From an uncultured Pseudomonadales bacterium (GTDB taxonomy: Bacteria; Patescibacteriota; Microgenomatia; UBA1400; Chazhemtobacteraceae): 64,000 nt of DNA. The notes under the pieces are model-generated. The model made no database searches and was not told where the DNA came from. It worked only from the letters and a program-made list of their open reading frames with translations. The stretch is taken from the NCBI GenBank assembly GCA_964618725.1, contig CAZUBK010000002.1, forward strand, positions 3,992 to 67,991, in the 5' to 3' direction. The stretch's first letter is position 1. Each line of letters starts with the position of its first letter. The translations under genes were made by a program, and so were the position numbers. This document shows positions 27,481 to 37,774 of the stretch, piece by piece.

Positions 27481-28032
27481 ATGAGAATGAAAAATTACAC
27501 ACTTCAATTAATGGAGAAAGTCCATTCTTTGCCAGGATCGGAAGTAAAGGACTTCTTGAAGTCATTTTTGGATATGCGAGCGATGGTGGTGGGGTGTTTA
27601 CGAGAAATTCCCGAAGGTAAATTGGATTACGCTCCGAGCCAAATGGCAGGGACTCATACACTTCGAGACTGTATTGCGGAATTGCCAATCGTCGAGCAGG
27701 GGCTCATCGATGGAATTGAAACTGGTCGCAGGAGAATGTTCAGTAATGATATGTTTGAGGGTAAAAAACCAACTAAAGAAGAAATATTAAATATTCTTAA
27801 AGAGACTGATGAGGCGTTGTTTGACGCTATAACCTCATCCACTTTTGATTCAGAAAAAAAGATCGAGTTCCTGGGAAAAGATGGTCAGGTGAAGTGGAAA
27901 ACGACAGCAATAATGATGCTTTGGGGATTAAGAAATCATGAGAATATGCACTTAGGAATGATACGAAGGGATTTGGACGCAATTGGAGTAAATCCCCCTG
28001 CCGAATATGTTAAGTATTGGTATCTTGAGTAA
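27481..28032 (+). CDS. DinB/YfiT-like (DinB_2) four-helix-bundle putative metalloenzyme
   Basis: 183 aa with His-containing helices (MAGTHTLRD...; WGLRNHENMHLGMI), typical of DinB_2 His triads. Confidence 0.5.
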   Translation: MRMKNYTLQLMEKVHSLPGSEVKDFLKSFLDMRAMVVGCLREIPEGKLDYAPSQMAGTHTLRDCIAELPIVEQGLIDGIETGRRRMFSNDMFEGKKPTKEEILNILKETDEALFDAITSSTFDSEKKIEFLGKDGQVKWKTTAIMMLWGLRNHENMHLGMIRRDLDAIGVNPPAEYVKYWYLE

Positions 28033-28107
28033 ACTATTTTTCAGAATCCACTTCTCGTTTTCAGGCGGGTGTAGTAGCAGAAAATTTAAAAAGATATAAT
28101 CCTGCTC

Positions 28108-30369
28108 ATGGATACGATCACGGTCAAAGGTGCGAGAGAACACAACTTAAAGAATATATCGGTTGAGATTCCTCGCAACAAATTAACAAGCATTGTTGGT
28201 GTATCTGGGTCGGGTAAATCTACTTTGGCGTTTGATATCATCTTTGCTGAGGGGCAGAGACAATACCTTGAGTCTTTGGGTACTTTTGCTGCAAGAAATT
28301 TACAACGAACTGAGAGACCGGATGTGGATGAAATAAGAGGATTATCGTCTACGGTGATGATCGAACAGCGACAGATCGGGAAAAGTGCCAGATCTACAGT
28401 GGGAACGGTTACAGAGATTTATACATATCTGCGGTTACTTTTCTCCCGCGTTGGTTCGGTTAAAAACCTGAGCGCAGGACACTTTTCCTTCAATAATGTG
28501 CTTGGTGCCTGCAAATCATGTAAGGGTTTGGGGATCGAGGTCACTGTTGATCCTAATTCTGTGATCGATTTTGATAAATCGTTAAATGAAGGAGCCGTAT
28601 ATGAAACAACATTCAAGCCGAATGGAAGATACTTTAATATTTTGAAGACAACTGGTCGACTAAATTTTGATAAACCAATAAAGGAGCATTCAAAAGAAGA
28701 TTTAGATTTCCTTTTGTACTCTCCACAGATAAAACTTAAGAATGATGCCCAGGGTTTTGTTCAGTCATATAGCTGGGAAGGAATCATTACCCACATTGTC
28801 AGACAATCTAAGGATTTGAGGGGAATGTCAGAGACAAAGGCAAAAAAGAGTAAAAAGACTTGGATAATAAAGCCTTGTGTTACTTGTGAAGGATCGCGGT
28901 TAAATGAAATGGCTAACTCGTCACAGATTAATGGCAATAACATTGGTCATTATGCCAACCTTCCACTGACTCAGTTGCTCAATGAAATAGGTATGGTTAT
29001 GTCTCCAACCGCTGATCCAATCGTTAAACGAATTGTTGAACTTACTCAAGGGGTGGTGGATGTTGGCATTGGATATCTTTCGCTTAATAGATCGGTTGAA
29101 ACTTTATCTGGTGGTGAAGCACAAAGAATAAAACTGGCGAGAGAGTTGGGTAGTGACCTGATCGAACTTGTATATATTCTGGATGAGCCAACTGCGGGTC
29201 TTCATCCAAAAGATGTTTCCAACATGATAAAAACTCTGAAAGGATTAAGAGACTCACAAAATACGGTTATTGTTGTGGAACATGATCCTGCAGTGATGAT
29301 GGAATCGGATCACCTAATTGAGATTGGCCCGAAAGCTGGCAAATATGGTGGTGAGGTTACTTTTTCAGGCACTCCACAGGAAATAATTAGGAATAATGAT
29401 TCAATTACAGGTAAGTATTTATCTCGAGACGCTCTTGTTGAGACACGAAAGAGTTACCAACGCAGGAAACCTACAGGATCTTTAAAAATAGAGCACGCGA
29501 ACCTTCACAATCTAAAGGATCTCTCTGTAGATATACCTACTGGTATATTCACTGCCATTACTGGAGTCTCTGGTTCTGGTAAGAGCTCTCTGATTAATGA
29601 TATTTTTGTCAAAAAATATCATAACCAAGTAATTTTTGTAGACCAATCCCAAGTTGGAGGTATGGTCAGAGGCAATATCGCCACATACTCAGGGACTTTT
29701 GACTACATCAGAGAGATCTTTGCCAGAGAAAACAATGTAAGTAAAAGTCTATTCAGCTTTAACAGTAAGGGTGCATGTCCAGATTGCGGAGGACTAGGTT
29801 TCAATGTTGTAGACATGCATTTTATGGCAAGTGTAAGGACTATTTGTGAGACGTGTGAGGGGAGAAAGTATATTCCTGAGGTTTTGGAATATAAACACAA
29901 TGGCAAAAATATATCTGAAATACTGGAAATGACTTCAGAGGAAGCCGTTGCTTTCTTTGAGGATGACCAGATAAAAAAGCGTCTAAGCATGCTTACTGAA
30001 GTAGGGCTTGGATACTTAAACTTAGGACAGACCTTGGATACTTTGTCAGGTGGTGAGTCACAAAGGCTCAAACTTGCCAGCAGGCTTCACAAAAAAGGCG
30101 GGTTTTACGTCTTAGATGAGCCAACCTCCGGATTGCATTTCTTTGATATTGTAAAACTCTTGGACTTGCTAAATCGTCTCGTAGATAGTGGGAACTCAGT
30201 GTTGGTGATTGAGCACAACATGGACGTGATACGAAATGCAGACTGGGTCATTGATTTAGGGCCAGAAGGTGGAGATTTGGGTGGGACTATTGTTGCTCAA
30301 GGGACTCCTGAAGAAGTGTCTGAGGTAGGTACCTCTTATACTGGCCAATACTTGAAGAGATTGTTGTAA
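28108..30369 (+). CDS. UvrA-like ABC ATPase paralog (short, 753 aa; class II/UvrA2-like, probably lacking the UvrB-binding domain)
   Basis: Two ABC modules ([13 protein letters not shown]...; [14 protein letters not shown]...), signatures [15 protein letters not shown] and [15 protein letters not shown], Cys clusters (CKSCKG; CVTCEGS; CPDCGG; CETCEG). About 190 aa shorter than canonical UvrA. Confidence 0.8.
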   Translation: MDTITVKGAREHNLKNISVEIPRNKLTSIVGVSGSGKSTLAFDIIFAEGQRQYLESLGTFAARNLQRTERPDVDEIRGLSSTVMIEQRQIGKSARSTVGTVTEIYTYLRLLFSRVGSVKNLSAGHFSFNNVLGACKSCKGLGIEVTVDPNSVIDFDKSLNEGAVYETTFKPNGRYFNILKTTGRLNFDKPIKEHSKEDLDFLLYSPQIKLKNDAQGFVQSYSWEGIITHIVRQSKDLRGMSETKAKKSKKTWIIKPCVTCEGSRLNEMANSSQINGNNIGHYANLPLTQLLNEIGMVMSPTADPIVKRIVELTQGVVDVGIGYLSLNRSVETLSGGEAQRIKLARELGSDLIELVYILDEPTAGLHPKDVSNMIKTLKGLRDSQNTVIVVEHDPAVMMESDHLIEIGPKAGKYGGEVTFSGTPQEIIRNNDSITGKYLSRDALVETRKSYQRRKPTGSLKIEHANLHNLKDLSVDIPTGIFTAITGVSGSGKSSLINDIFVKKYHNQVIFVDQSQVGGMVRGNIATYSGTFDYIREIFARENNVSKSLFSFNSKGACPDCGGLGFNVVDMHFMASVRTICETCEGRKYIPEVLEYKHNGKNISEILEMTSEEAVAFFEDDQIKKRLSMLTEVGLGYLNLGQTLDTLSGGESQRLKLASRLHKKGGFYVLDEPTSGLHFFDIVKLLDLLNRLVDSGNSVLVIEHNMDVIRNADWVIDLGPEGGDLGGTIVAQGTPEEVSEVGTSYTGQYLKRLL

Positions 30370-30624
30370 CTACTTTTTCGATGTAGCCGGTCACAAAATG
30401 AAAAGTGTACCAGTGGAGTGTTTATCCACAAAAAGGCACCCGACGGGAGGTTTCGAATTTCCTCATAACACCTCACTTTTGGGTTTTTGGAAACCGTTTT
30501 TGAATAATTCCCATACTAGCCCGACAAAAAAACTCTTTTGAGCTGGTGATTGAAGAAAGTTCGTGGTAAGTAAACGTGGGGTCATCTTTTGTGATAAAAG
30601 AAGGCTTGCGGGGTCACGGAAGCG

Positions 30625-30663
30625 GAACCAAAAAGGCGGGTGTTTTGGGGAAAACAACCCGCC
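30625..30663 (-). terminator. Rho-independent terminator for the 30671..31165 gene
   Basis: 12-bp stem ggcgggtgtttt/aaaacaacccgcc with GGGG loop, followed on the minus strand by UUUUUGG. Confidence 0.5.
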
Positions 30664-30670
30664 GATGAAA

Positions 30671-31165
30671 CTACTGACTACTGGTCTGACTGGATTCGTC
30701 TACGGTGATGAGGTCAGTTTTGTCGAATGGGATACGAAAGTACAACGCCATCCAAAGAGGCATGCGCCACATGGAATCACTATCTAGACCCTTTTCTTGG
30801 ACTACCGCCTCGATTATCCCCTCGAGGAAGTAAGCCATCATCAGATCCTGCGTAGTGAGATATGGCATGACCTCCTCGTCTAGATTGGGCGGGGGTCCTG
30901 GGATGGTGATGATAATTTCTCCTCCGTGATTAGCAAGGAGTAGAGCATTTTGGTCGATGATCTCACAGAGTTGTGCTTTGGTCTCCTTTAACTGGCGACC
31001 GTGATTAACGGTAAATCGCCGCCTTTCGTAGTCTGTGATCCGAGTAGCCTGGTCACGCCAGCGAGCAATGACCATCTCGACATATTCTTCAGCCATGTTT
31101 TTCTCCTTTCGGCTGATAGAGAAATGTTCCTGGGTAATTATATCAGTTTTCACGATGAATTTCAT
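30671..31165 (-). CDS. Hypothetical protein (164 aa; may start at internal Met 24)
   Basis: ORF with no recognised domain. Confidence 0.4.
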   Translation of the reverse strand: MKFIVKTDIITQEHFSISRKEKNMAEEYVEMVIARWRDQATRITDYERRRFTVNHGRQLKETKAQLCEIIDQNALLLANHGGEIIITIPGPPPNLDEEVMPYLTTQDLMMAYFLEGIIEAVVQEKGLDSDSMWRMPLWMALYFRIPFDKTDLITVDESSQTSSQ

Positions 31166-31251
31166 TCTTGTGTTGTTTTTCGTCTAAATATCCGGCAGTC
31201 TGTAGAGTGCTTCTCGATGCGACATTTATTTTTTGATATTCTGGTATTTGA

Positions 31252-32445
31252 ATGAAAAAATTCGTCCTGCCCGTACTACTTCTTTTAGCTGTAGGAGTAT
31301 TTTTGCCTTCAGAAGCCAATGCTCAGACGAGAGAAGAATGTGATAAGACTCGTGCTCGTGCGTCATACAACTGCTTGACTGCTTGGAGTAAGTGTTACTA
31401 CCCGTGTATTGATCAGACCAAAGATGTGAAGGCGTGCTGGGATAGTTGCACTCAGGCTGAGAATGCGTGCAACAAGCAGGTCGATGCCGAATACAAGACT
31501 TGCTTGACACCGCAAAAAGGATCTTCTCCCCTGAAAAAAGATAAAACTCCTTTAGAGAAACTCTTGGACACGCCTGTCTTTGTTGGTGAATGGTTTGACC
31601 GCATTTCTGCGGCATGGGCTGGGTTGGGCTTTTTGGATGTATCAAGAGCGTTGGGTGAGGTAGTTCTTACCGATCCAGAGATTGCTATTTGGGAAGAAGA
31701 ACAGAGACAAAAATATGCTAAAGACGTAGAGTTATTCCTCCAAGAGAATATTGACCGACCGGTGGGAATCACTTTGACTGACGAACAAAAGGCGTGGAAC
31801 TCCAGTCTAGTCGATGTCGCGCCCGATAAAGAAAAGATTATTGTCGTTGAGGGAGAGGGTCGGCTGAAGACTGTCGATTCTGATCAGTTTATTCGGATTA
31901 CCGCAAAAGAGACGCCGATATTTGTCACTTTCCTTGATTCGGTGGTGTCTGAACCGGTCTCAGAGCCACTTATGTTGATAGACACATGGGGAGTCGATGC
32001 AGGATCAGTGATTAATGTTTCTTCGGATACTGAGATCCAGTTCCTCGAACCAGTTCAAGATAAAGAGACACAAGATGTAACTAGGACGGTGAGGTTTAAA
32101 CAAGGGGAAGTTGAAGTTAAAACGCGAAATACCGATCCGAACAATAAATTTGAAGTGCAGGCTAGCTCTGTAAATGTCGTCGCTCCCAGGACACATTTCT
32201 GGGTTAGCCGGGATTCAGACAAAAATCAGGTCGTGGTTGGCATTTACGAGGGAGAGGTACAAATCACCGCCAGAGACGGAAGAACTACTTCACTAGTACC
32301 CAATGGAGATAGACCGGGAGTGGCAGTTATTACTCGAAAACTTTCACTCTTTAAGTTAGCTGTTGTTATCTTGGTGTTGATAGGTATTCTTAGTGGAGTA
32401 GTCTGGTTGGGCGGAAGAAAGTTAAGATCATCCAAGAAGAGATGA
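31252..32445 (+). CDS. Hypothetical secreted protein: signal peptide, Cys-rich N-terminal module (8 Cys in 60 aa), beta-rich region, C-terminal TM anchor
   Basis: MKKFVLPVLLLLAVGVFLPSEANA. CDKT...CLTAWSKCYYPCIDQ...CWDSCTQAENAC. C-terminal LAVVILVLIGILSGVVWLGGRKLRSSKKR. Confidence 0.45.
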   Translation: MKKFVLPVLLLLAVGVFLPSEANAQTREECDKTRARASYNCLTAWSKCYYPCIDQTKDVKACWDSCTQAENACNKQVDAEYKTCLTPQKGSSPLKKDKTPLEKLLDTPVFVGEWFDRISAAWAGLGFLDVSRALGEVVLTDPEIAIWEEEQRQKYAKDVELFLQENIDRPVGITLTDEQKAWNSSLVDVAPDKEKIIVVEGEGRLKTVDSDQFIRITAKETPIFVTFLDSVVSEPVSEPLMLIDTWGVDAGSVINVSSDTEIQFLEPVQDKETQDVTRTVRFKQGEVEVKTRNTDPNNKFEVQASSVNVVAPRTHFWVSRDSDKNQVVVGIYEGEVQITARDGRTTSLVPNGDRPGVAVITRKLSLFKLAVVILVLIGILSGVVWLGGRKLRSSKKR

Positions 32446-32933
32446 GTTCTACACAATTTTGGGTAGGCATGTTTGTGCCAGCGTTAACTAAATGGATCAA
32501 TCCCCATTTAAAAAAATTTTTTAAGTTGGCTGAATTTGATGCGGAAACGAAGACGAAAGTTGGTGCCAAGATTTATCCGTTTTATTTCAGTTTTTTGTAT
32601 TATCTTTGGATGTTGGTTCTGTTGAGTAGTGGAATTATGGTACTGATTTTGTTGATGATTTATGGGTCGATTCTCTTTCCTGACAGGAACTATGCAATAC
32701 CTGTTTTCTTGGGACTGATCAATATGATAGGAGCGTGGTTTGTTTTCGGTGCTTTACTGGATAGCTTTTTCTGGCGAATATCGTCAAAAAACTTTAAGGA
32801 CTATGTCAAATTCAGGATGATTGGATCCGGATGGGGATATGAGATAGAGCAGCAGGTAATTGTGCTTCTTAAGATCGGAGCAATTTACTATCTTCTGGCG
32901 AGTCCTTTGATTCTATACTTACTAACTCGTTAG
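32442..32933 (+). CDS. Hypothetical membrane protein (4 TM), translationally coupled (ATGA) to the upstream gene
   Basis: Hydrophobic helices; start overlaps the upstream stop. Confidence 0.4.
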   Translation: MSSTQFWVGMFVPALTKWINPHLKKFFKLAEFDAETKTKVGAKIYPFYFSFLYYLWMLVLLSSGIMVLILLMIYGSILFPDRNYAIPVFLGLINMIGAWFVFGALLDSFFWRISSKNFKDYVKFRMIGSGWGYEIEQQVIVLLKIGAIYYLLASPLILYLLTR

Positions 32934-33020
32934 AGTGTATGGTGACTGCCTCTTTTTGATAGTGTAGGAAAGATCCGCCATGGGAGGCGGATCGATTTTT
33001 ACAACATCAGCTTGGTTTAC

Positions 33021-33395
33021 CTAGAGACGCATTCCTTCGGGGACATCCCCCAACTCACAGATACGGTTTTGGAGCCACCACAATCCCTCAGCGATGAGAG
33101 GCATGTAAACAAAGGTGCCAGGCAAAATCATGATCATTGCCAGAGGGACTGTGAAGAGCAATACAACCAGTATCTGGACGATCCACCAAGTTTGACTGAG
33201 AATGTTCCATACCCAGGGTGCGTCTGCCATGTAGATCAGGACCACAATAAACAAGACCCAGATCGTAATCACGGCTAGCGACGTCACGATCATGGTGAAA
33301 AGATAACGGAAGGGACGGATGTAAATTGACAGAAGGACCAGAGCCGCTAGGATCCCAAGCGAGGTCAATGTCTGGAAGCTAAACAACCATGCCAT
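33021..33395 (-). CDS. Hypothetical membrane protein (4 TM)
   Basis: 124 aa, mostly hydrophobic helices. Confidence 0.35.
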   Translation of the reverse strand: MAWLFSFQTLTSLGILAALVLLSIYIRPFRYLFTMIVTSLAVITIWVLFIVVLIYMADAPWVWNILSQTWWIVQILVVLLFTVPLAMIMILPGTFVYMPLIAEGLWWLQNRICELGDVPEGMRL

Positions 33396-33510
33396 TTAGG
33401 ATACCTTTCTTTTATGTGCGATGTACTGATTATAGGGTGTCTAGTCATGGATGTCAAGGATGACAGTAATCAAGAAGATAATCATTTGATGACAGGCTTA
33501 GTCGGCAGAT

Positions 33511-34401
33511 TCAAAACGGATTCTGGGCGGAGATAGTTTTTATTCTGTGCCAGAATTCGTAGCCGTCGTGGTGATGCTTTTTTAAGTTGCGGCTTTGGAG
33601 GTAGGAGATCCAATCGGCACTATTCAGGACATTATTTATCTTTAGTGGCACTTCCATTTCTTCTAGAGTTTTAAACTCTAACTTTGATTTCTTGTTGAAG
33701 ACCAACTCATCTGAAAGATTGGATGTGCCGAGCACTATAATGCCCCCTGAGCTCAAGTGATCCTGCCCGTGATGGACGAAGTAATTGAGAAGACTGACGC
33801 CCTCGTAGGGATTTATTTCAACACTTTGGGGGCGCGGGATGTAGGGCGGATTGCAGACGATCAAGTCGTAGGTTTTGCCTTTTATTTCCTTTAGTCCATC
33901 TCCTACAACGTATGAAGCACGAGTGTCTTTTATATTATCCCTTGCACATTGGATGGCGTAGGGATTGATATCATTAATGGTAAGGGATTTTAAATTCGGG
34001 GATTTTTTCAGGAGGTATTTACTTAGGAAGCCTGACCCGCAGCCGATCTCGATGGCTGTTTGAGTGTTTTTGTTGTCAGTGATGACTCCGCGAAGAGCCT
34101 TAGCCATTAAGACTGTATCGATGGATGGACTCCAGACACCTTTGTGTGAGTCATTCCAAAAGACCTTGACTCCGTCATACTCGACCATGCGGGGGCGACT
34201 GGTGAGGATGGAAAAAAGAGTGTCTCTTAAAGTTGGATTGAGATTGGCGATACGATAGTTATCGGTAATTAGAAGGGGGTGATCGAAGGTGTGGGCTAAC
34301 AAGGGCTCTCCTTCGCTTTTCCTACCCATAATCCCAGTGAGTTCCCAGCCGGTGGCATAGATCTCCTGTTTATCTAGACTCGGTGAGAGTTTTATTAACA
34401 T
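33511..34401 (-). CDS. SAM-dependent methyltransferase with NPPY motif (HemK/PrmC- or N6-MTase-like)
   Basis: SAM motif IEIGCGSGF, then catalytic CNPPYIP. Confidence 0.55.
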   Translation of the reverse strand: MLIKLSPSLDKQEIYATGWELTGIMGRKSEGEPLLAHTFDHPLLITDNYRIANLNPTLRDTLFSILTSRPRMVEYDGVKVFWNDSHKGVWSPSIDTVLMAKALRGVITDNKNTQTAIEIGCGSGFLSKYLLKKSPNLKSLTINDINPYAIQCARDNIKDTRASYVVGDGLKEIKGKTYDLIVCNPPYIPRPQSVEINPYEGVSLLNYFVHHGQDHLSSGGIIVLGTSNLSDELVFNKKSKLEFKTLEEMEVPLKINNVLNSADWISYLQSRNLKKHHHDGYEFWHRIKTISAQNPF

Positions 34402-34500
34402 GTTGTTTATTTTACACTAAATAGGATAATAGTCAAAAGCTTGAGGTAAACATAACATATTGAGGAGAAAGCTATTGCAGAAATGCTATATATTGGTTGA

Positions 34501-35712
34501 ATGAAACGCAGCATATTCATTCTTATTATCTTAGCGGCAGCTGCATTACGTTTTTACGACTTCGAGCGTTTGATGATCTTTGATCCAGAGAGAGCAATGT
34601 CATTGATAACCTCGGCAGAACTATTAAAGAAGCCCTCGCTCCTTGGGCCGCCATACTTTAGGGCGACCTCGTATGGCCACCAATTGTTTAATAGTCCCTT
34701 ATTCAATTATGCCTTGGCGCCACTATTGCCCATATTTGCTTATCACCCCCTACCAATTACAGCTGTTTTCACTGTACTTAACTTGCTGACGGGGGCGTTG
34801 ATCTATTTGTTGTTTAGAAAATTGATCAAACCAGAGATCGCCTTGCTTGGATCGATATTGTTTTTGTTTAATTCTCAGATGATCTTTCATTCCCGATTCA
34901 TTTGGATCATTCATCCCTTTCCTTTATTTGGACTGATCACTTTATATATATTGCTTAAGGAGCGAAAAAGGCCGTCTCTATCCCTTGCGGGGCTCCTGGG
35001 ACTGATTTCTGGCATCGGAGTAGGAATGGACTACACTTTTCTGTTTTGGGGCGTGCCATTATTTTTGGGATTAATGTTTTTTTCAAAATACAAACTAAGC
35101 ACTCTACTTACTTTTTTTGGGGGGGCAGTAATAGGAGATAGCCCCCATGTTTTGTTTGATTTGAGACATCAGTTTTACAACCTGACAACTCTTTGGCAAT
35201 ACACACTCGAGACCTTTGGCAATCCAGAACAAAGCAAGATCCTTTATTATCACTTCTTCCCTTTCTGGCCGGCGGCGGCGCTGCTGGGGGGACTGCTAAT
35301 ATACAGAGTGAGTAAACAAAATAAGTTAATGGCGGGACTAATTTTGGCGGGATATGTATTTCTTAATCTGACAGCGCCGTTGACCTTCTCGACGTATGAG
35401 ATAACGCTGAAGAAACAAATGGAGGCGGCGGCGGCGATTGCGGCAGAGAGACCGAGCAATTTCAATGTCGTTTCACTACTCGACTTTGACACACGAGGAC
35501 ATGTACTTCGATACTTACTTGAGTATCAATTCAAAATAAAGCCGGAGAGAGTAGATAACTATAACGACATTGGAACCATATATGCCTTGGCGAGAACTGA
35601 CTATGATTTGAACGCTCCATTCAACTACGAATTGAGTAGCTTCTATCCCTACAGGATACAGGAGTTGGTCACTTTGGACGAAACTCATAAGGTCTACAAA
35701 CTGTATCGATGA
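34501..35712 (+). CDS. Polytopic GT-C-type glycosyltransferase-like membrane protein (ArnT/PMT_2-like)
   Basis: 403 aa, 9 or more TM. N-terminal TM followed by LRFYDFERL, typical of ArnT/PMT_2-like proteins. Confidence 0.45.
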   Translation: MKRSIFILIILAAAALRFYDFERLMIFDPERAMSLITSAELLKKPSLLGPPYFRATSYGHQLFNSPLFNYALAPLLPIFAYHPLPITAVFTVLNLLTGALIYLLFRKLIKPEIALLGSILFLFNSQMIFHSRFIWIIHPFPLFGLITLYILLKERKRPSLSLAGLLGLISGIGVGMDYTFLFWGVPLFLGLMFFSKYKLSTLLTFFGGAVIGDSPHVLFDLRHQFYNLTTLWQYTLETFGNPEQSKILYYHFFPFWPAAALLGGLLIYRVSKQNKLMAGLILAGYVFLNLTAPLTFSTYEITLKKQMEAAAAIAAERPSNFNVVSLLDFDTRGHVLRYLLEYQFKIKPERVDNYNDIGTIYALARTDYDLNAPFNYELSSFYPYRIQELVTLDETHKVYKLYR

Positions 35713-35733
35713 AAACGGAGTGAGGGGGAGAGT

Positions 35734-36189
35734 TTAGCTTTTAAGTTGTTTGGCAATTTCGGCGATGGCGTCCTTAAAGTTTTTAGTCGTGCCGGAGGCA
35801 CCGGAGACACGATCAAGACTGGCTATCTCGGAGAGTTTCTTACCAATAACGACTTTGGGCAGTTCCTTGGCGAAATTGCTTTGATATTCAATACTGGTGG
35901 TGGACTGAGTAAGGACCTGGACCTCAATACCTTTAATGATATCTCCCTCAAGGGTCAGAGTAAAACCAATTTTGTCTTCTTTGCCACTGGGGGTGGAATA
36001 GGTCCAAATAGTTTTGTAGATATCGCCAACGTGTTGCCATTTAGGAGCAGTTTTGGCTTGCTTAGTACCGACTTCTGATTGTAACTTCTGAAAAACAGAA
36101 TTGGTGGCGGCAACGGTAATGACGAGAAAAGTGGTGGCGAGTAAGAGGGTGGGGATAAAGTACTTGGTAGATTTGACTTTTTTGCTCAT
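35734..36189 (-). CDS. FMN-binding-domain protein (NqrC/RnfG/PplA-like), membrane anchored; paralog of 45723..46139
   Basis: Start taken at internal MSKKVKSTKYF (TM anchor). The track ORF extends to 36369 but that part overlaps guaB. C-terminal DRVSGASGTT matches the flavinylation motif Dxx(S/T)GA(S/T). Confidence 0.5.
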   Translation of the reverse strand: MSKKVKSTKYFIPTLLLATTFLVITVAATNSVFQKLQSEVGTKQAKTAPKWQHVGDIYKTIWTYSTPSGKEDKIGFTLTLEGDIIKGIEVQVLTQSTTSIEYQSNFAKELPKVVIGKKLSEIASLDRVSGASGTTKNFKDAIAEIAKQLKS

Positions 36190-36235
36190 AGTTACAGTTG
36201 TAGCACTAATCGAAAAAACTAGCAAAGTCGGGGGG

Positions 36236-37741
36236 TCAGAGATGATTGGGGGCGATACGGGCGTACTTTTGAAGAGCGGGAATATCGGCAAAACCAAGCT
36301 TGTGAATACTTTGTTTGACGGCGGCGATAAGGTGAGGGAGGTAGATGTAGCCCGAGCCTTTATAGCCAACCTTTTTTACTTTACCCTCGACGACTCTGAT
36401 CTTGGCGTCATCGACGCGATAGCGGACGGCCCCACCTTTCTCCATGGCTTCTTGGGAACCCATGCCGCGATATTTCTTAACTAGGTGACCTTCTTCTTCG
36501 TCAAATTCAGGATTCCCCGGAGACTCTTCAAGACCAGCGAGTAGACCTCCCATCATGACAGTGTCGGCTCCAAGGGCTAAAGCCTTGGCAATATCGGAAG
36601 GACGTTTCACACCGCCATCGGCGATGAGAGGAAGATGATAGCCTTTTTTCTTAAAGTAGTAATCGGCGGCTTGACTACATTCAAGGACGGCAGAACCTTG
36701 GGCTCGACCAACACCGAGTTGTTCCTGGGTTATGCAGGCAGCGCCGGGACCGATACCGATTCGGACACCGTCGACATATTTAGCAGAGGATTCGAGAATC
36801 TTTAGGACCATTTTGCCGGAGTCGACATTGCCTAAGATAACTTCGAAGTGGGGATAGGTTCTTTTGACGAACTGGGCAATGGCGAGTTGCTCTTCGAAAA
36901 CGACGGAAGCGTCGATGACGACACCATCAACGCCAGACGAAGAGAGATGCTTAAGGCGAATCGTGGCAAGGTTTAGCCTCGATTCGATTGCAGCAAAGAC
37001 TCGAAGCTGTTTATTATCGTCCTTAGTGGCAAGGGGGAAGTTGTTATCCTTGCGAAGATCGCTGTCGGTAACTAGAGCGGCTAGTTTGAAATTCTTGTCG
37101 ACAATGGGAAGGGTGTCGAGATTATATTTACGGATGATCTTGTTGGCGGCGCGGATATTGTTTTTGTCTAGGGTAGAGTGCTTTTTGGCTGTAATTAGTT
37201 TAGTGGCTGGGGTCATGACCTTGGCAAGGGGAAGTAACATTTCTGTGTCGGTCTCCAGGTAACGAACATCGCGGTGGGTAACAATACCGAGCAGTTTGGA
37301 ATTGAGAGTGCCATCCTCGGTAACGGGAATACTAAAGAAGCCATATTGTTTGGCGGTAGCAAAGACACTAGCGACAGTATCTTTGAGACCTAAGACAAGG
37401 GGGTCGGTAATGAAGGCGGACTCAAAGCGCTTGACCCGTCTGACTTCATTAGCCTGATCCTCAGGAGTGAGATTGTAGTGAATGGTGCCAATGCCGCCAA
37501 GAAGAGCCATAAGAATGGCCATCTTGGATTCAGTAACGGTGTCCATGGGAGAGCTAATAAAAGGAGTTTTGAGTTTTAGGTTACGAGAAACAGGGGAAGA
37601 AAGATCAACACTTTCACGCTCGACATTGGGAAGATTGTCGCAAATGAGAAGAATATCCTGATACCAGAATTCGTTTTCTTTGAGGGCCGGGTGGAGTTTG
37701 GCCATTTGATTAACAGTAGTAAAAGAGAAATATGACGTCAA
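36236..37741 (-). CDS. guaB: IMP dehydrogenase
   Basis: CBS pair; catalytic loop GIGPGAACITQ; ADGGV; YRGMGS. Confidence 0.9.
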   Translation of the reverse strand: MTSYFSFTTVNQMAKLHPALKENEFWYQDILLICDNLPNVERESVDLSSPVSRNLKLKTPFISSPMDTVTESKMAILMALLGGIGTIHYNLTPEDQANEVRRVKRFESAFITDPLVLGLKDTVASVFATAKQYGFFSIPVTEDGTLNSKLLGIVTHRDVRYLETDTEMLLPLAKVMTPATKLITAKKHSTLDKNNIRAANKIIRKYNLDTLPIVDKNFKLAALVTDSDLRKDNNFPLATKDDNKQLRVFAAIESRLNLATIRLKHLSSSGVDGVVIDASVVFEEQLAIAQFVKRTYPHFEVILGNVDSGKMVLKILESSAKYVDGVRIGIGPGAACITQEQLGVGRAQGSAVLECSQAADYYFKKKGYHLPLIADGGVKRPSDIAKALALGADTVMMGGLLAGLEESPGNPEFDEEEGHLVKKYRGMGSQEAMEKGGAVRYRVDDAKIRVVEGKVKKVGYKGSGYIYLPHLIAAVKQSIHKLGFADIPALQKYARIAPNHL

Positions 37742-37774
37742 GAAGGGGAAAAGCGCCTTGCGGCGCTTTTTAGA

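Noticed and set aside
35734-36369. Full 211-aa version of the FMN-binding ORF
   Set aside because: Its first ~60 codons overlap the 3' end of guaB in another frame and translate to low-complexity S/T/P sequence. Start reassigned to the internal Met at 36189.
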